Below are positions 46,179-58,589 of a stretch of DNA of 64,000 nucleotides, one piece after another; positions within the stretch are counted from its first letter, which is position 1; each line of letters starts with the position of its first letter. Made by a program: the position numbers and the translations under genes. This stretch comes from Schizochytrium sp. TIO01 (Eukaryota > Protista > Bigyra: Labyrinthulomycetes), in NCBI GenBank assembly GCA_004764695.1, contig SMSO01000014.1, positions 5,694,029 to 5,758,028 on the forward strand. The letters run 5' to 3'. The notes beneath the pieces were generated by a model. The model did no database searches. It was given only the letters and a program-made list of their open reading frames with translations, and had not been told where the DNA came from.

Positions 46179-47497
46179 ATTGTCTTCCATTTCCCTTAGA
46201 AAAAACAACAAAAACAAGAAGAGGGAGAGAAAAGAAAAAGCATTTATACAAAACAACCGTCAAAATGCAATTAAGACTGTGTTTTAAGATTTTGGACCAA
46301 AGTGCGGTAGTTAAGCCCTAGCTGCTAGCTCAATACTGCGGTCTGTTTCTGCTCTGTAAACCATTAACTTAGACGAAGGTTACTGCTGTAAAGCATCGAA
46401 ACAAGACCTACATGATTAAAAAATTGTAACTTGATTACTCTTCGTTCCCCTGAATCTGAACATAGTATGTCATACTTGGATCTTCAAAAACTCAACGTTG
46501 AACCATCTAAGTTAATCTTGCGAGAGTGGGAGCAAACAAATTCAAAGAATTATAGGGTGTATATTTGAAACAACAATGAACATCGTCTGTTCGATATTGT
46601 AAAAGGATGGAGCGGGGAAGCTAGTATTGAAGTAAGAAAGTAACGAAAGTGAGCAATGCATAAATCAAGTAAAGAAGAGAATGTAGTTTAGCTTTTGTAA
46701 ATCCTGGTAAAGATGTATTCATTCTCAGAAATGTGTAAGTAAGTAGAGGAGAGATGGGCCGGGGATTGTGGAGTAGTAGTAGTATTAGTAGTAGTAGAAG
46801 AAGAAGACGGAAGAGTAAATGAAGGAAAAATGGAGGGCGAGGCGGGTCTTCGGCTCGCCCCCACGTAACGCTGACTTGACGTGCTGCTCCAGCAGCGGCA
46901 GCAGCAGCAGTGAAAGGATAATGTAATGACCACACTGGCGAGAGAGTATGTTGCAACTGAGGAATTGTGGACCTGCAGCAGACCCACAGCCACCAGACGC
47001 ACAGGGTGGACCCGCCAAGGCATGAGGCAAAACAGCTAAGTAAAAAGTTAAAAAAAATCCGACGGACGTAATAAGAACGACCACCGGGCCTATATGTGTG
47101 ACGGACCCCGGCGCTCGGGGCAATCCCTAAACCCCTGAGAATCGTGCAAAGAATTACTGACGTTACTGACGCACAACGAAAAATTAAGAAAGTCAGGAAA
47201 TCAATCCTTTGCCGCTGCGATCCAAATTTCCGCCCACTCAATCGCCAAACCGCAAGCTTCGTAGCCCGTCAAAAGACCAATGCCAACATCGAAAAGCTTT
47301 CCGTACATTGTGTTTTCGTGTACGATTAGCAGCTCGGCGAGGAAATGCTCACTTCGTCGGACAAAAGAAGCCTCCGATGGTTCAAAGCCATCATCAAGCC
47401 ACGTCGATCAAAGTTCTTGGCCATGCGATGATCCATCAAGAGGTATAGATAGCAATTGGGTGGGTGGACACAGGGGGAGGGGCGCCTATAGAGCGAC

Positions 47498-47857
47498 TTA
47501 GTTGTGGGTGTTGCCGGCGAAGAAACCACGCAAGAAGGGAGACTCACCCTCGAACTTCTCGAGCGTGGGCTTGGGCTGCGAGTCGGTGCCGAGGAGGCGG
47601 GAGAGCTGCGACTTCTGCTTCCACACGTTGACGGTCTCCTCAAGGTCGAGCTCGCCCTTCATGAGAAGGTTGTCGATGATCCTTGGGTCAGTCACGTTGT
47701 CGTGGGCGCGGAAAAGGTTGCGCACCTTGCCGCGAAGGACGTCCTCCGGCATGTCCATGTCGAAGATCTTGATGGTGCGCGGGATCTCGCGGAGGGTCCG
47801 CCTGTACAAGTCCACCACGCGTGCCTTACGCACAGCAGTGCCTGCCGCAGAAGCCAT
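47498..47857 (-). CDS. NDUFA6: NADH dehydrogenase 1 alpha subcomplex subunit 6 (B14, LYR motif)
   Basis: RVVDLYRRTLREIP...VTDPRIIDNLLMKGELDLEETVNVWKQKSQL; GC3-rich codons. Confidence 0.9.
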   Translation of the reverse strand: MASAAGTAVRKARVVDLYRRTLREIPRTIKIFDMDMPEDVLRGKVRNLFRAHDNVTDPRIIDNLLMKGELDLEETVNVWKQKSQLSRLLGTDSQPKPTLEKFEGESPFLRGFFAGNTHN

Positions 47858-48377
47858 CTTGGCGCAAGTGTGTGAGAGAACGACGAGAGACGAGCGAGAG
47901 GAGAACGCCTCGAGGCCGCTGATAGAGATCTATTCTCTGCTTCTTACTTACATGCCTACCTACACTCTAACATACATAGCCAATGCCGTACCTGCATTCC
48001 AACTACTGCTGCTAAGCAGAGCCAACACATCCGCTTGGCGACTAGCTACTCCTACGCCTACACTCGAGCTATTGGGTGCTACTCACCTAACATCATCGTA
48101 GGCTGCCCAGTACGTCTACCCAGCTAGCTACTACTAACTACTACTACTACTACTACTACTACCACTCCTATTGTCACTACTACCACCACTACTACGACTG
48201 CTACTGGCCTAGTTAGTAGATGGCCAAGTAGCACTTTGCTATCTCCATAGTAGCGGCTACTTCTTATTCTACACATGGTATTACCTACTTCTGCTACTGG
48301 AAACTGTAGCAGCAGCTAGCTACCCTTGCTTAGGTAGTGTACCTTGCTTGATGCCTGGGAGGACTCCGTATGTTCTA

Positions 48378-48419
<42 letters not shown>

Positions 48420-51386
48420 TACTTCTTCGTTTGTCTTCTCTGTACTCCATCGTCACAACCTATACAGCCTGAGGTGGTACTATTCATCTTCAAGCAGTGA
48501 CAGTCGTTCATTCACTCATTTATTCATGTTTATTCATTTCAGATAATTGATTCATTCATGCCCATTATTATTCATACTAGCAGGATATTAGGAACCTCCT
48601 ACAAATTCAATTAGTAAAAACATACTCAGCGCTACTGCTGCCAATACTGCCCAATCCTATTACCGCTACTACTATTAGCTGTTATTCTGATTAGCAGTCT
48701 CTCTATCAATGCGTCAATGAGGCTGTTTTTGTCTTCCTGTACTTCTACAAGGTTTGGATGGTGACATTAGTGCCACCACTGCAGCTAATAGAAAAGCTAC
48801 TCGTAGCTAGGGTTATCTCTATTCGTCAGCAACAGAGTTCTTTTGTAATTAAAAGCTGCCCCAAGAAATAGACGGTGTCCAACTACTAGTGCTAATGCTA
48901 CGCCTGGTCTGAAATGTCTACGAGTGTTCTGCAGAACAGCTCAAAATGATAACGGACTTTGGTACTGAGAGTAATTTAAGGAATAACCATATCAATGTTT
49001 TTGTTGGGGTAGATCTAAAAGAAAATGCAGGTACCTTTAAGTCATGGTAAAGAGCACAGCTCTAATTTCAATCAGAAACTTATTCTGGCAGTGATGGACC
49101 TAGCCAGTTCATAATTAAATATACCCTCCACAGCACATGAGAAATGGCTGCTCTCATATGTCCCAGTTTTGAATAATGGCAGGAGCATTTCTGGAACAGA
49201 ACCTATGTGATTCTATCCCCCATCTTCAGCTTTGTCACATATTGCAGTTTCTCCTCCTAGACCTATCTTAAAACTATTGAATACTCAACCAATTCCAGCA
49301 AAGTCCTTGGGGGCAGTAATTAGTTTTAAAGAACAAAAGCCGAATTGATGCTCCGGTAAAGTCTTAAGATCCCGCGTCCTAGGTACATAGTTGTTCATGC
49401 AGTTGAAATCTGTAGCTACAAGGGCAAGCATAAGCAGACTTCCGTGTTAGCTTTCCTTTTGCTGTGGACTTTGAGTCATTCGCACTACTCTTTAACTCAG
49501 GTAAAAACAAGACCCAAGTCAAAACATATCGGTGTTTAAAATAAATCTAAATACATATAACCATCGGGTTGATATCATGAATAAGGTAAGGCGGCAATGT
49601 GCTAGAACGATGCTCCAGCACTCGGTTGGCTTCCATGGGATATCCGTCAAACGAATGTTAAAACTGCAGATTGAGTAGTTCGGAAATTCGTCACGGAATA
49701 CAAGTTCCCGAGAACAGAACATATTGGATTGTATTGCGTGTTTGATTTAATGTTTATTGCAGCACGTTTGGTCTAAGGGGGGATGCGTGCACAAATCACC
49801 CCGACTTGTCGGACTGTACGTAGATAATGAGTCTGGGCATTCTGATGCCATCTCCCGGCAAGCCAGCACATTTCTTTCACAAAAGCAAGATTCCGAGCAG
49901 TACTACTTTAGGGTCAACCCTCAGCAAGACTATTTTCCACATACTTGAAGCTAGCATCTTCGGGTTTTATCTACCCCAACCTCTTGCACTTCAGTCTTAC
50001 CTCAAAACTTCAAGATTGAACTTCGACAATTTGGTCGCGATTGAATATTCAATTAGCATCAGCTAACAACTTCTCGACTTGCTTCGTTTCGAGCAAGTTC
50101 GTTCTCGACACTCTTTCTTTGTTCTTCTTCTTTAGAAAAAATAAAATAAAATACTTTTCTTTTTCTATTTTAATTAAAAAAAATACTGAGACAAAAAGAA
50201 AGTTTTTAATTTCAATCCATGAAGACAGCGTGGAAGATACAAATGCTCGAGGCCTTCGCAAATGCCGCTGATGCCTATCGATCATACCTTAGCTGAACGA
50301 GCAATCATATCGGTTCTGTAGGTACTATGAGAGCACTTTAACAACAAGCATGATCTCAATAATTCTCTGAGGCGGCTCCTGGCTGATGAATAATTCGAGC
50401 GACTTGCAGTCGTTGTGAGAAGAGCAGGCAAAAAAGTCGCTGGAAAAGTATCACCGCAGAATGATGCTAACTTCCCAACATAAATGTAATTACTCTGAAT
50501 GATCCCTGCCACGTCACAGATGCTAGCAAATGTTGGCCACGGGACCCCCGAGGAACTTACCCCTTATTGACACATTTCTTTCTGCTGATTCACCTTCTGA
50601 GACGGGGTTGACAAAGACCTGCGATGAAAACTTTGTTGACCCGGAATTCTCTCAGTTTAAAAGTTTTATATCATCATAAGTATCTAAGCAAAGTTATTTT
50701 TTTAAAGTCGAATCAAGAAATCAGATTGAAACACGTTTTTTTTAGAAATCCAAACAAAACACGCTTGTTAGTGGATTATCTGCCAATCCATTGTCATTCA
50801 ACTACGCTTTGACTGATAGCCAGTCTTTCTATCACACTCGAATTTTGATCGTAGGCACAGAATAGAAGTCCTTTTTATTTTTCAATGTCAAAATAGAAGA
50901 AGTTAAGAGAGGTAATAGCAGCAGTTATAGATACCACTGGCGGCGCACGCACCATACACTAGGTTCTGCATAGGTTACTAGAGTTAGCAGTAGGCAGTAG
51001 TTATAGAGTAGATGGCGTCCTTCCAATATATTCCTATGGTATTTGGGTAGCAACAGTTAGGTCCGTATAAATTACATTTTCTTCTCAACAAGAGTGAAAG
51101 AAGAAGAAGAAGAAGACGTGGAGAAGAGAGCACCAAGAGCACCAAGACAAGGAAGCAACCCTGGGGAGCAAAACAAGAACTGCACAAGCTTCTGCTTGGG
51201 CACAACAGCATATCCGTATTGGTCATTTACACCACGCGTGACCTGTGCAGACCTTTAGGTCGACTCAGTCGTCAGCTACTTCTCACAACCACTCGTGGTA
51301 AACCACTTGGTCGCCTCGCGTTGTCGTCCTTCTCATCGACTTGGTTAGCATCCGGCACCACCAAAAATCTTCAAACTTCGTTCACA

Positions 51387-52664
51387 ATGCCCCGCCCTAC
51401 ACCTGTGTCCCCTGAGCGCCTCGAGGAGCTTGCCGAAAAGTACGGCACTCCTCTGCAGCTCTACGACGGTGATGCCATGGTGGAGAATGCCCGCCAGCTC
51501 TTGTCTGCGTTCCGCTCGGAGTTCCCGACCTTCCGTCAGTACTTCGCCGTGAAGGCCTTGCCCAACCCAGCAATCCTGAAGCTTCTCGTGAACGAGGGCT
51601 TTGGACTCGACTGCTCCTCGACGGCCGAACTCCACATTGCTGCTAAGCTCGGCGTTCCCGGTGACATGGTTATGTACACCTCGAACTACACGTCCAAGAA
51701 GGATCTCGCAATCGCCTTTGACCAGGGCGTTGTTGTGAACCTCGACGATGTTTCGCTCGTGGATGACATCGTTGCGGTGCGCGGAAAGTGCCCCGAGTTG
51801 ATCAGCTTCCGCCTGAACCCGGGACTTGGTCGCACAGACTCAGAGACCGCCAGCAATGTGCTCGGAGGCCCGAACGCCAAGTTTGGCGTGCCCCCTTTCC
51901 AGATTATCGAGGCATACCGCAAGGCCAAGGAGGCCGGTGCTACGCGCTTTGGAATTCACATGATGACCGGCAGTTGCGTACTTAACGAGGACTACTGGAT
52001 GGACACCGTCTCCGTGCTGCTCGAGACCATGGATAAGCTCCACAAGGAGCTTGGTATCACCTTTGAGTTCTGCAACCTCGGAGGCGGCCTCGGCGTTGCA
52101 TACAAGCCTGACCAGGACCAGGTCGACGTGCCCTCGCTCGTGAAGAAGCTTAAGACCAAGTTTGAGGCCTCCATGCCTGAGGCCTTCAAGGACAACTGGC
52201 CCAACCTCTACATGGAGAATGGACGCTACATTACAGGCCCCTATGGCTTTCTGGTCTCGCGCTGCCACGTGATTAAAAACTCTTTTGAGAAGTACTACGG
52301 TCTCGACGCCTGCATGGCCAACCTCATGCGCCCCGGCATGTACGGATCCTACCACCACATCTACGTGCCTTCCGCCGAGGCTCGCGGTGAGCCCGAGGAG
52401 GAGGCCAACGTTGTCGGCACCCTCTGCGAGAACAACGACTGGTTTGCCAAGCAGCGCTTGCTCCCCAAGGCTCAGGTTGGCGACCTCTTTGTCATCGCTG
52501 ACACCGGCGCTCACTCACACAGCATGGGCTTCCAGTACAACGGCAAGCTCCGTGCCCCCGAGGTGCTCTTGCGAAACAACGGTGCTGATGATGTTCTCAT
52601 TCGCGACCGCGAGACCATTGAGGGCCTCTATGCTAACACTCACATCCCTGCTGACCTTGCCTAA
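51387..52664 (+). CDS. lysA: Diaminopimelate decarboxylase
   Basis: YGTPL, FAVKALPN (PLP lysine), KFG, NLGGG, ENGRY, RPGMY, GTLCENND and MGFQYNGKLR motifs. The first in-frame ATG is at 51387; the ORF-track start at 51219 is TTG. Confidence 0.93.
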   Translation: MPRPTPVSPERLEELAEKYGTPLQLYDGDAMVENARQLLSAFRSEFPTFRQYFAVKALPNPAILKLLVNEGFGLDCSSTAELHIAAKLGVPGDMVMYTSNYTSKKDLAIAFDQGVVVNLDDVSLVDDIVAVRGKCPELISFRLNPGLGRTDSETASNVLGGPNAKFGVPPFQIIEAYRKAKEAGATRFGIHMMTGSCVLNEDYWMDTVSVLLETMDKLHKELGITFEFCNLGGGLGVAYKPDQDQVDVPSLVKKLKTKFEASMPEAFKDNWPNLYMENGRYITGPYGFLVSRCHVIKNSFEKYYGLDACMANLMRPGMYGSYHHIYVPSAEARGEPEEEANVVGTLCENNDWFAKQRLLPKAQVGDLFVIADTGAHSHSMGFQYNGKLRAPEVLLRNNGADDVLIRDRETIEGLYANTHIPADLA

Positions 52665-54175
52665 GGATTTGTTCTCAATTTCTCCCTTCGTAATTTTCTC
52701 TCTCTTCTTTTCGATATCCTTTAGTAGTCACCCAGCTAGCCAACCAAGCAAACCCTCGTCAGCCAAGAGGATATCCCGGGTGCTGCTGGCGCTGAGTAAA
52801 TTTTGCCCTCTCTCCCTCTCTAATGGACGACTAAACCTTCAAATGTATCCCTTGCGCTCATGTCAAAATGTTGCAAATGTTAGACCTGGACAGAGCTTGA
52901 GGACCCGCCGTGGTATACACTATTTCTCAGAAATCATTTTTTTTCTTCCTCCCGTCGAGTAGAATTATTCCCAACTTTATCCCTTTCGCTAGGCTAGCCA
53001 TCATGGATGGTGATGTGACAAAACATACAATATCTTGCCTTGGAGATACACGAGTGCCTGACGTTAAGATCGCGTTTTGCATAAGCCTATTTCTCGCTCT
53101 CTCACCAATCAGAATATATTCTTAATTAGTTAACCCTTTTACTTGGCTAGAAACTCATATCCCTCACGTTAAACTTCCTTTATTACTACTACTACTCGGT
53201 AGCAGTGCACGCAGTTCATGAGATCTTAAACAACAAGAAGAGAGAAATGCTTGAGCAAATAGATTGTCCAGCGAGATCATTTGATTTTGAATCGCATATA
53301 CCGCTTTCCTTTGCTCCACTAGCAATCCATAGAAAATAAAACATGTCTCTCCCTCATCAATTATGTTTCTATCACCTGCATTTACTGTAAGATTAGTCAA
53401 TCAGATGAGTCGGAGGCCAGCTGTATGTAGATAGAAAGGATCCCCTGGTGAGGGTCAGTAAGCTTTCACTGAGCGCCCACTTCGCTGTCAGTCTAAATCT
53501 CATGTTTTCAGAAGTGCACTGCTGACTCTAGCTCCCACAACCATACCATGATCGTTCGGGTTTTCAAAGAATTTTATTCCTGTTTGTTAAAAATCAAGTT
53601 TATGAAGACAAAATTGATAAAACCACACTCAAACCGGGAAACCCCGACCCCACTCAGGCAGGAAAAGCCTCTTTTGATCGATGGGACCCTTTTACAATAG
53701 CAATGAGCAACTAGGTCCTCATGACCGTGATTCACTCTCTATTTAGACACTGTTTCTTTAAGTGTGCTGCGCTTCACTCAGGCTCAATCCCGTTCTCTTC
53801 CTTGAAAAATCTTTTATTTTCACATATCTACTAGTCACTGTATTGACCATCCTTCAGATGATTATGCATTATACACATGCGAAAAGCATGTCGGTTCTCC
53901 GTTTCTATGGCATTAATCTACTCAGTGCTTCTGCATTTATCGCAGAGTTCTCTTCGGTTTACTTAATCCTTTTTATCATTAGTATAATTAAATTGGGAGT
54001 CCCTTAAAAAGTGACTCTGAGAGTTTGCAATGATTTATAAAAAGAACAACTGATAAAGCGGATGAAGGATGACTGACTTCGCACGCTTGTTGATGCGTTG
54101 GCGTTTCGACGGCAACAGACTCGAATCATCGGAAATTGGCTGCAGGTCGCTTGACGCGAGCGCAGACCGGCCAGG

Positions 54176-57100
54176 ATGTCGAGCGGAAACTGTGTCACGC
54201 CTACGCTGGAGAGACTCCGCGCGATCGTGCAGGCGCATAGCGTGCGTCAAACTCCAGATGCGCCGAGTTTGCATCAGGAGCTACTTGAGGTTCTACAGGA
54301 CCTTACTAGAGATGCGCGCATTCCAGACGCGCAGGAATCCACAGCTGCGGAGACAAACACGCCCCTGACTGAGATCGAAGATGAAAAGAGCAATCGACAA
54401 AGTCCTAACATGGAAGGCGGAGTCCAAGAAGACCAGCCTGGCAGCGAGAACCGTGACAGTGACCATGACGCTGAAAACGATATTGAATCTCACCAAGCGG
54501 ACGAAGGACAAGGAGAAGAAGAAGAAGATGATGATAACATTCAAAGCAAGATCACCAAACCCTCGACATGGTTCGCATTTATGAGTGGCGCAGGCAAGGA
54601 TACAACGAATGACGATGATGATGATGATGATGTTGAGACAAACTCACCAACTTTGGCTGATGATGGCAAGCTTGAAAGGGGGCATGAGGCCGAGAGTGAC
54701 ACACCAAAAGATGAGGAAGTAGATGTTAATGTTAATGAAGTTCCACCTACATTGAATCCTTCCAGACTCGTGCGTTTCACATCAAACTGCAATGGTGGTG
54801 TCCTGCCTGAAGTTTGGCTAGAAGATCTCAAACCACATCTAGAAATGCTACAACAAGAAAATGTGGAGAACACGTTTCCGGAGAGCATGGAGCTTTCCCT
54901 TCGTGAAGCACAGCATTTGGTTCTTGTTGTTCATGGCATTGGAAAACATCATGACTTCAAAGACGCAAGCATGTCTTGGGACGGATCTTATGGAGAGCTC
55001 TCGGGTGGGTATTACGACTTTAAAAGCAAGTTCTATGAGATGCTCGGCCCAGAGGGGCCGCTAAAGGATCTGCCCATGAACCTCAATTTTGAAAGCATCG
55101 AGTGGCACGAGCCCCTCCGCGAAGCGTGTAACGTAGAAGAAGTACTTAAAGAAGCAGCGCCCGAAGGGATTGCCTCCCTACGAGAGTTTGTAACTGAGGC
55201 TATTACAGACGGGCTTCTTTACTGGTCTTCAAGATATGGGCAAAGTATAATCGACAGTGTTGCCTGGCAACTTAACGAGAAGTACAAGTCATTTAAGGAA
55301 ACTCACCCAGGATTTACTGGACCTGTATCAATCTTCGCACATTCACTCGGCTCTGTCATTATTTTTGATCTTCTATCTCGTTGTCGCACAGATATTCGTA
55401 CTCCAAAGCTCGACTTCGATGTAAACGTCTTCTTCCTTGCTGGGTCACCACTTGCGTACATGCACCTGTGTCGAGGCGATCTTTTCGATGAAAATGGTAC
55501 GTACCTTCCGTCATACTTTTTGCCTGAGAGTGTTCGAGTAGTCAACTTTTTCCATGTGAATGATCCTGTGGCGTGGCGTCTCGGACCCCTGCTGGCGAAA
55601 AAGAAAATGGAAGAGGAGAAAATTGAAGCTGCTGAAGGAGGAGACCCTCCTCCCGATGATAACCAATCAGTAGATGAGAAACGCAAGGCAATCCGGGACG
55701 AAGTTGAGGCGACTGGCGTTACAGTCACCCTTCCACACTCATCTGAGGTCGAAGGTCTAAGTCTTGATGACGTGCTCTTGAAATTCGCTGACCTCCTTCA
55801 CTTAACGCATGACGATGCATCATACTCATCGAAAATTCACTTGCGTCCCATTGATTTTGGTCTTCCTCTATCTCGATATGAGCGTGTTGTTGAGCTTGCC
55901 TCGGCCACCAGTGCTCATTCTTCCTATTGGGGCCACCCTTCCTTGACCCTCAGCGTCATAATGACTTTGTGTGAACCTCTGATGCCAATTCTTCAGCTAT
56001 ACAAGGAGCGGGGTGTAGATGTTCGCGTTACGCCACGACGAATGAAGATTAGCTTCGCTCATCCAGCCCTCGCAGTAGAGCCTGTTATGGAGGAAGGGCC
56101 CGTTAAAGGTTTCTGGGCGCAACGCTTTTGTGTTCTTCAGGACGATGGTCTCTTCCTCTTCGAAAAGGATGTTCAGGAATCAGCTGGCGCTAAACAATGT
56201 TCCATCCCCCTTGATCGTTGTCAGTTGCGGGTCAAGGCGCTGAAAGACCATAGTAGTATCATGCAAGTGCCTTCGAACTCGTCTTCTTCATCCAGCTCGT
56301 CCACCAGCATAGCATCAATTGATTCAGGTGCATCAGCCTCACCTCGAAATAGTGACTTGCCTACCGCACCGACGATTCGATGCCCTTCTGAGGCCTTTCT
56401 GCTCATCGTGCGTGATCCAAATGCAAAGAATGCAATAACTTACGACATTACTGCTAAATCACAAGCCATTGCTCAGTGGTGGGTCGATGGCATACAACAG
56501 GCTCAGCAGGATTACCTTTATAATCAGAGCATTATCGAGTCTATGCAATCGCGTCCTCGGCGTCATAGTCTAAGTTCTATTTTATCCGGTATGCATCGAC
56601 CTCGTAACTCCAGTATGTCTTCTGCTCCAGAATCTGTACGCAGTACAGGAGGACACTCTGTCGCCTCCGAACCAGGCCTACTTCATGAAAATAATACGGA
56701 CCCATCTTCAGTGACAGCACGTGCAGCTACTGCTGCAGCTTTTGCTTCTTCAGTCTCTCGATCAGGTGAGCACAAGGAAAGCAGTGATCTAGACACCAAC
56801 GGAGATGATTTTCCTGCTGATGGTGTTTACAGTGATGATGGAACTTTGGACGAGGATGAAGTTGATAGCGACGAGGAAGAGCTCGATATACAACCACCTT
56901 CCGAGGTCTTTGATCTCTTACGTCATGGTAACTTGATGGTAAACGTGAGTACACAATGGAGTGGGAAAAGTCTCAAGTGGTTCGCACTTCGTAGGGGTGC
57001 TGACTCCATCGTTTATTTTGAACGTGAACCTAAGGTTGAGCCTGTTCGTCAGTTAGATTTGAAAGCTGTGCATCTAGTCCAAGGTTCGCGCATGCAACGC

Positions 57101-57805
57101 CTACTTCGCCTCGTATACGTTGGGGGTGGGGCAATGAACCTTCGTTTCACACGTGATGGTGTTTTCGACTCTTGGCACAGGCTTCTCGGCCGGCTCTGTC
57201 CAGATGCAAGGTTCGAAGACTTGTCTATGAGTCATAAATCATTTCTCATGCCAGGCATGCCCTTTACCAGTGGCGAAATGGCTGCTTCTACAGACACCCA
57301 GCTTTCTGTTGCAGTCACTGGCTATGTGGTGTGTCGCGAGCCTAATTCAACATCTTCTTATGCAGGGTATACCATTAACGTCATTTTCCATAGTGGAGAT
57401 GAAGGCGCCCATGTGGTGCGGCGCTACAGTGAATTTAAAAACTTCTCCAAAGAGATTGCCAAAGAGGTGGAGAGTAAATTCGGGGCCGAAGCTCTTCAAA
57501 AATTGCCTGTTCTACCTTCATCTACCCTGTTGCAGTCCATGCAGCCGAGCTACCTTAATCGCCAGGTCCAAAAGCTTCATGGGTACCTCTGCGCGATGAG
57601 CAAAATAAAAAATGTTCAAGGCTGTTCAGCCTGGTATGCTTTTCTCCTCCGATCGGGGGAAAGCCTGACCTCCAAACCTCGCCCTCGAACTACGTCGGGT
57701 ACTTTGCCTCGCACAATCACACCCATCATTAAATCTACCCAAGGAAGCAGCCGTAGCGATGGGTTTGTTCCACCTTCCACCGACAATGAAAAGGAAAATG
57801 AATAG
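54176..57805 (+). CDS. DDHD-type phospholipase A1 with two PH-like domains and a C-terminal PX domain
   Basis: Lipase motifs HLVLVVHGIG and AHSLGS; DDHD signature FFLAGSPL...NFFHVNDPVAWRL...IDF...SAHSSYW; PH-like FWAQRFCVL...AQWWVDGI and KWFALR...FDSWHRLL; PX YTINV...VVRRYSEF...LPVLP...KLHGYL. Confidence 0.85.
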   Translation: MSSGNCVTPTLERLRAIVQAHSVRQTPDAPSLHQELLEVLQDLTRDARIPDAQESTAAETNTPLTEIEDEKSNRQSPNMEGGVQEDQPGSENRDSDHDAENDIESHQADEGQGEEEEDDDNIQSKITKPSTWFAFMSGAGKDTTNDDDDDDDVETNSPTLADDGKLERGHEAESDTPKDEEVDVNVNEVPPTLNPSRLVRFTSNCNGGVLPEVWLEDLKPHLEMLQQENVENTFPESMELSLREAQHLVLVVHGIGKHHDFKDASMSWDGSYGELSGGYYDFKSKFYEMLGPEGPLKDLPMNLNFESIEWHEPLREACNVEEVLKEAAPEGIASLREFVTEAITDGLLYWSSRYGQSIIDSVAWQLNEKYKSFKETHPGFTGPVSIFAHSLGSVIIFDLLSRCRTDIRTPKLDFDVNVFFLAGSPLAYMHLCRGDLFDENGTYLPSYFLPESVRVVNFFHVNDPVAWRLGPLLAKKKMEEEKIEAAEGGDPPPDDNQSVDEKRKAIRDEVEATGVTVTLPHSSEVEGLSLDDVLLKFADLLHLTHDDASYSSKIHLRPIDFGLPLSRYERVVELASATSAHSSYWGHPSLTLSVIMTLCEPLMPILQLYKERGVDVRVTPRRMKISFAHPALAVEPVMEEGPVKGFWAQRFCVLQDDGLFLFEKDVQESAGAKQCSIPLDRCQLRVKALKDHSSIMQVPSNSSSSSSSSTSIASIDSGASASPRNSDLPTAPTIRCPSEAFLLIVRDPNAKNAITYDITAKSQAIAQWWVDGIQQAQQDYLYNQSIIESMQSRPRRHSLSSILSGMHRPRNSSMSSAPESVRSTGGHSVASEPGLLHENNTDPSSVTARAATAAAFASSVSRSGEHKESSDLDTNGDDFPADGVYSDDGTLDEDEVDSDEEELDIQPPSEVFDLLRHGNLMVNVSTQWSGKSLKWFALRRGADSIVYFEREPKVEPVRQLDLKAVHLVQGSRMQRLLRLVYVGGGAMNLRFTRDGVFDSWHRLLGRLCPDARFEDLSMSHKSFLMPGMPFTSGEMAASTDTQLSVAVTGYVVCREPNSTSSYAGYTINVIFHSGDEGAHVVRRYSEFKNFSKEIAKEVESKFGAEALQKLPVLPSSTLLQSMQPSYLNRQVQKLHGYLCAMSKIKNVQGCSAWYAFLLRSGESLTSKPRPRTTSGTLPRTITPIIKSTQGSSRSDGFVPPSTDNEKENE

Positions 57806-57808
57806 AAT

Positions 57809-58589
57809 TCATATGTGTATCTGGGCGCTGGTATTGTGGCCTGATTGTTGTACTCTAGGAGATAGACGCGTAGCTGTCATAAGGCTACGTGACGATGTAC
57901 ATGAAATCTTATTAGATACAAATGCCATCGGGTTAGAGACAGGCGACACAAGGCTGCATATTACAAGGTTGATCCCTTGCATCCAAAAGATAGCAATGGG
58001 GCCTCTCCAAAGGAAAAGAACCTCCTTGACCAGCGCTCCTCAAAAAAAGAATACAAGAAAAAAGAAAACATATGCTATGCAAAAATTATGAATTATACGC
58101 ACCCTCTATGCCCAGCATTATCGAGTAGTATCATTTCGTGCCGTAATGATAGTGAGCATCACGTAACCTATTGTACAAAGCGTAACCATGAGTGAAGACC
58201 CTACAAGATCAGCTGTGTCCCAATGTTTGTTTTGAAGAATCATGAAGATGCACCCCCCATAGATAATTAGCGTTGTTACAATTTGAAGGATCTTCCATTC
58301 GCTCAACCATGATTGTTTCTTGCTCCCCATTTTGCTGCGTGTCTCGACTATCTTCGCAAAGAAAATTCCACTCCACTCCTGCTACTGCGTCAATCGCGCA
58401 GATGCGTAGCCGTTGCCCCGGAGCGGTCTTCCTAACTCACCGCTTCTCTCCAAAACCGGTTCTGGCAGAAATGGATGCAGGGTCCAATGAGGCTAAGCTT
58501 TGCCTTCCCTTTTCAAAGTCACCTAGGAGCTTGCGCAAGCCCTGGATGGTTTGATTCTGCAATGCGTGCGCGAGTTCTTCGTTCACCAT
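57809..58589 (-). CDS. Hypothetical small membrane protein (~181 aa, 3 exons)
   Basis: Exons 58589-58441, 58334-58168 and 58038-57809 join in frame. Intron 1 is GTGAGT...CAG; intron 2 has weaker GTTACG...GAG sites. Contains hydrophobic segments. Exon 2 could instead read through to the stop at 58118. Confidence 0.4.

Noticed and set aside
47108-47140. Telomerase RNA template (ccctaaaccc) or U4 snRNA start (gcgctcggggcaat)
   Set aside because: The template would specify TTTAGGG rather than this chromosome's TTAGG, and the rest of U4 is absent.
51840-52962. 224-aa and 225-aa ORFs overlapping lysA
   Set aside because: Stop-poor alternative frames caused by strong GC3 codon bias.
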